NCBI GenBank assembly: GCA_964016885.1
Contig: OZ024766.1
Location: 2,418,001-2,482,000, forward strand
DNA: 64,000 nucleotides
Source of the DNA: Eledone cirrhosa
Lineage: Eukaryota
Direction of reading: 5' to 3'
The notes beneath the pieces were generated by a model that saw only the letters and a list, made by a program, of their open reading frames with translations, made no database searches and had not been told where the DNA came from. Below, in pieces: positions 62,653 to 64,000 of the stretch. The position numbers were made by a program, and so were the translations under genes. The stretch's first letter is position 1, and each line of letters starts with the position of its first letter.

Positions 62653-64000
62653 TCAGAGTGTAAAACGTTTTTTACCAGTGTGTGTTATTTTGTGTTTAAT
62701 ATATTCACCATTACTAGTGAAAGATTTCCCACATATTTCACAGTGATAGGGTTTCTCTCCAGTGTGCCTTCTTCTGTGAACTAGAAGAACAGCACTATCA
62801 GCAAAAGTTTTCCCACATATTTCACAGTGGAAAGGTTTTTCTCCAGTGTGACTACGTATGTGCCGAACAAGATCAGTTTTCTCAGCAAAAGATTTCCCAC
62901 ATATTTCACAGTGGAAAGATTTTTCTCCAGTGTGATTACGTATATGCCTAATAAAATTGGAATTCAGTGTGAAAGATTTCCCACAAAGTTTACAGTGATA
63001 GGGTTTTTCTCCAGTGTGTGTTCTTTTATGTACAGTTAAATAACTGCTAGAAGCAAAAGATCGCCCACATATTTCACAGTGGAATGAATTTTCTCCAGTG
63101 TGACTACGTATATGTCTAAGAAGATTAGATTTCACAGTGAAAGCTTTCCCACATATTTCACAATGAAAGGGTTTTTCTCCAGTGTGTGTTCTTTTGTGTA
63201 GAGTTAAATTTCTGTTAGAAGCAACAGATTTCCCACATATTTCACAATGATAGGGTTCCTCTCCAGTATGTGTTCTTTTATGTACAGTTAAATCATTTCT
63301 TTTCATAAATGTTTTCCCACATATTTCACAGTGATAGGGTTTCTCTCCAGTATGTCTTCTTTTATGAACTGTAAGTACAGCATTATCAGCAAAACATTTC
63401 CCACATATTTCACAGAAGAAAGGTTTTTCTCCGGTGTGAATACGTATATGCCTAACAAGATGAGCTTTCTCAGCAAAAGATTTCCCACATATTTCACAGT
63501 GGAAAGGTTTCTCTCCAGTGTGGGTACGTGTATGCTTAACAAGATTAGCTTTCTCAGCAAAAGATTTCCCACATATTTCACAGTGAAAACCTTTTTCTCC
63601 ACTGTGACTACGTATATGCCTAATAAAATTGGAATTCAGCGTGAAAGATATACTACATATTTCACAGTGGAAGGGCTTCTCTCCACTATGTGTCTTTTTG
63701 TGTCTATTCACGGCACTATTACGGGCAAAAGATTTCCCACAAATTTTACAATGATAGGGTTTTTCTCCAGTATGTGTTCTCGTATGTAAAGTTAAATTTA
63801 TGTTAGAAGCAAAAGATTTCCCACATATTTCACAGTGATAGGGTTTGTCTTTAATATGTATGTGTTTGTGTGTGGATAATTCATCTTCTGATGAGAAAGT
63901 TTTCTTACAAATCTCACAGCTATATTCACAAATATTTATGTGTAATGATCCCTGTTCAGTACATGTTTCACTAGGTAAAGGTTTCTCACCACTGTATGTT
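62653..64000 (-). CDS. C2H2 zinc-finger protein, family A (15 fingers), 5' end outside the window
   Basis: Frame open from the window edge ([20 protein letters not shown]...) through 63711 to TGA at 62653. Confidence 0.9.
   Translation of the reverse strand, partial: TYSGEKPLPSETCTEQGSLHINICEYSCEICKKTFSSEDELSTHKHIHIKDKPYHCEICGKSFASNINLTLHTRTHTGEKPYHCKICGKSFARNSAVNRHKKTHSGEKPFHCEICSISFTLNSNFIRHIRSHSGEKGFHCEICGKSFAEKANLVKHTRTHTGEKPFHCEICGKSFAEKAHLVRHIRIHTGEKPFFCEICGKCFADNAVLTVHKRRHTGEKPYHCEICGKTFMKRNDLTVHKRTHTGEEPYHCEICGKSVASNRNLTLHKRTHTGEKPFHCEICGKAFTVKSNLLRHIRSHTGENSFHCEICGRSFASSSYLTVHKRTHTGEKPYHCKLCGKSFTLNSNFIRHIRNHTGEKSFHCEICGKSFAEKTDLVRHIRSHTGEKPFHCEICGKTFADSAVLLVHRRRHTGEKPYHCEICGKSFTSNGEYIKHKITHTGKKRFTL

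Noticed and set aside
63700-63730. Apparent truncation or frameshift of the last ZNF
   Set aside because: Manual translation (GKSFARNSAVNRH) is in frame to the window edge; the ORF caller chose an internal GTG

Overview
AT-rich, microsatellite-rich eukaryotic (metazoan) DNA; the repeat content and gene style point to a coleoid cephalopod (Octopus-like), which is an inference. The window is a tandem cluster of 12 C2H2 zinc-finger ORFs with uninterrupted coding regions (9-15 fingers each, no KRAB/SCAN/BTB/ZAD recognised). They form two subfamilies. Family A (8 genes) has a constant ~50-aa leader plus an invariant acidic first finger. Family B (4 genes) starts at or near MSK..G.. and uses CDICGKSFS fingers. 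The first 24 kb is four tandem ~5-6.7 kb segmental duplicates. Intergenic DNA holds RTE- and CRE-type LINE remnants, two tRNA-derived SINE types, piggyBac-like and foldback MITEs, a Helitron derivative, Penelope-type hammerhead motifs and many TE-derived minisatellites. Main leads: (1) a constant/variable ZNF design with a PLDIS (CtBP PxDLS-like) motif that is lost in one sub-lineage; (2) conserved non-coding leader exons and splice sites, with one family B coding exon lacking its own leader, suggesting alternative ZNF cassettes on a shared promoter; (3) two minisatellites born independently from the same LINE motif; (4) substitutions concentrated at DNA-contact residues and mosaic paralogs. 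No prokaryotic features or CRISPR arrays were seen. All alignments and counts were done by eye.
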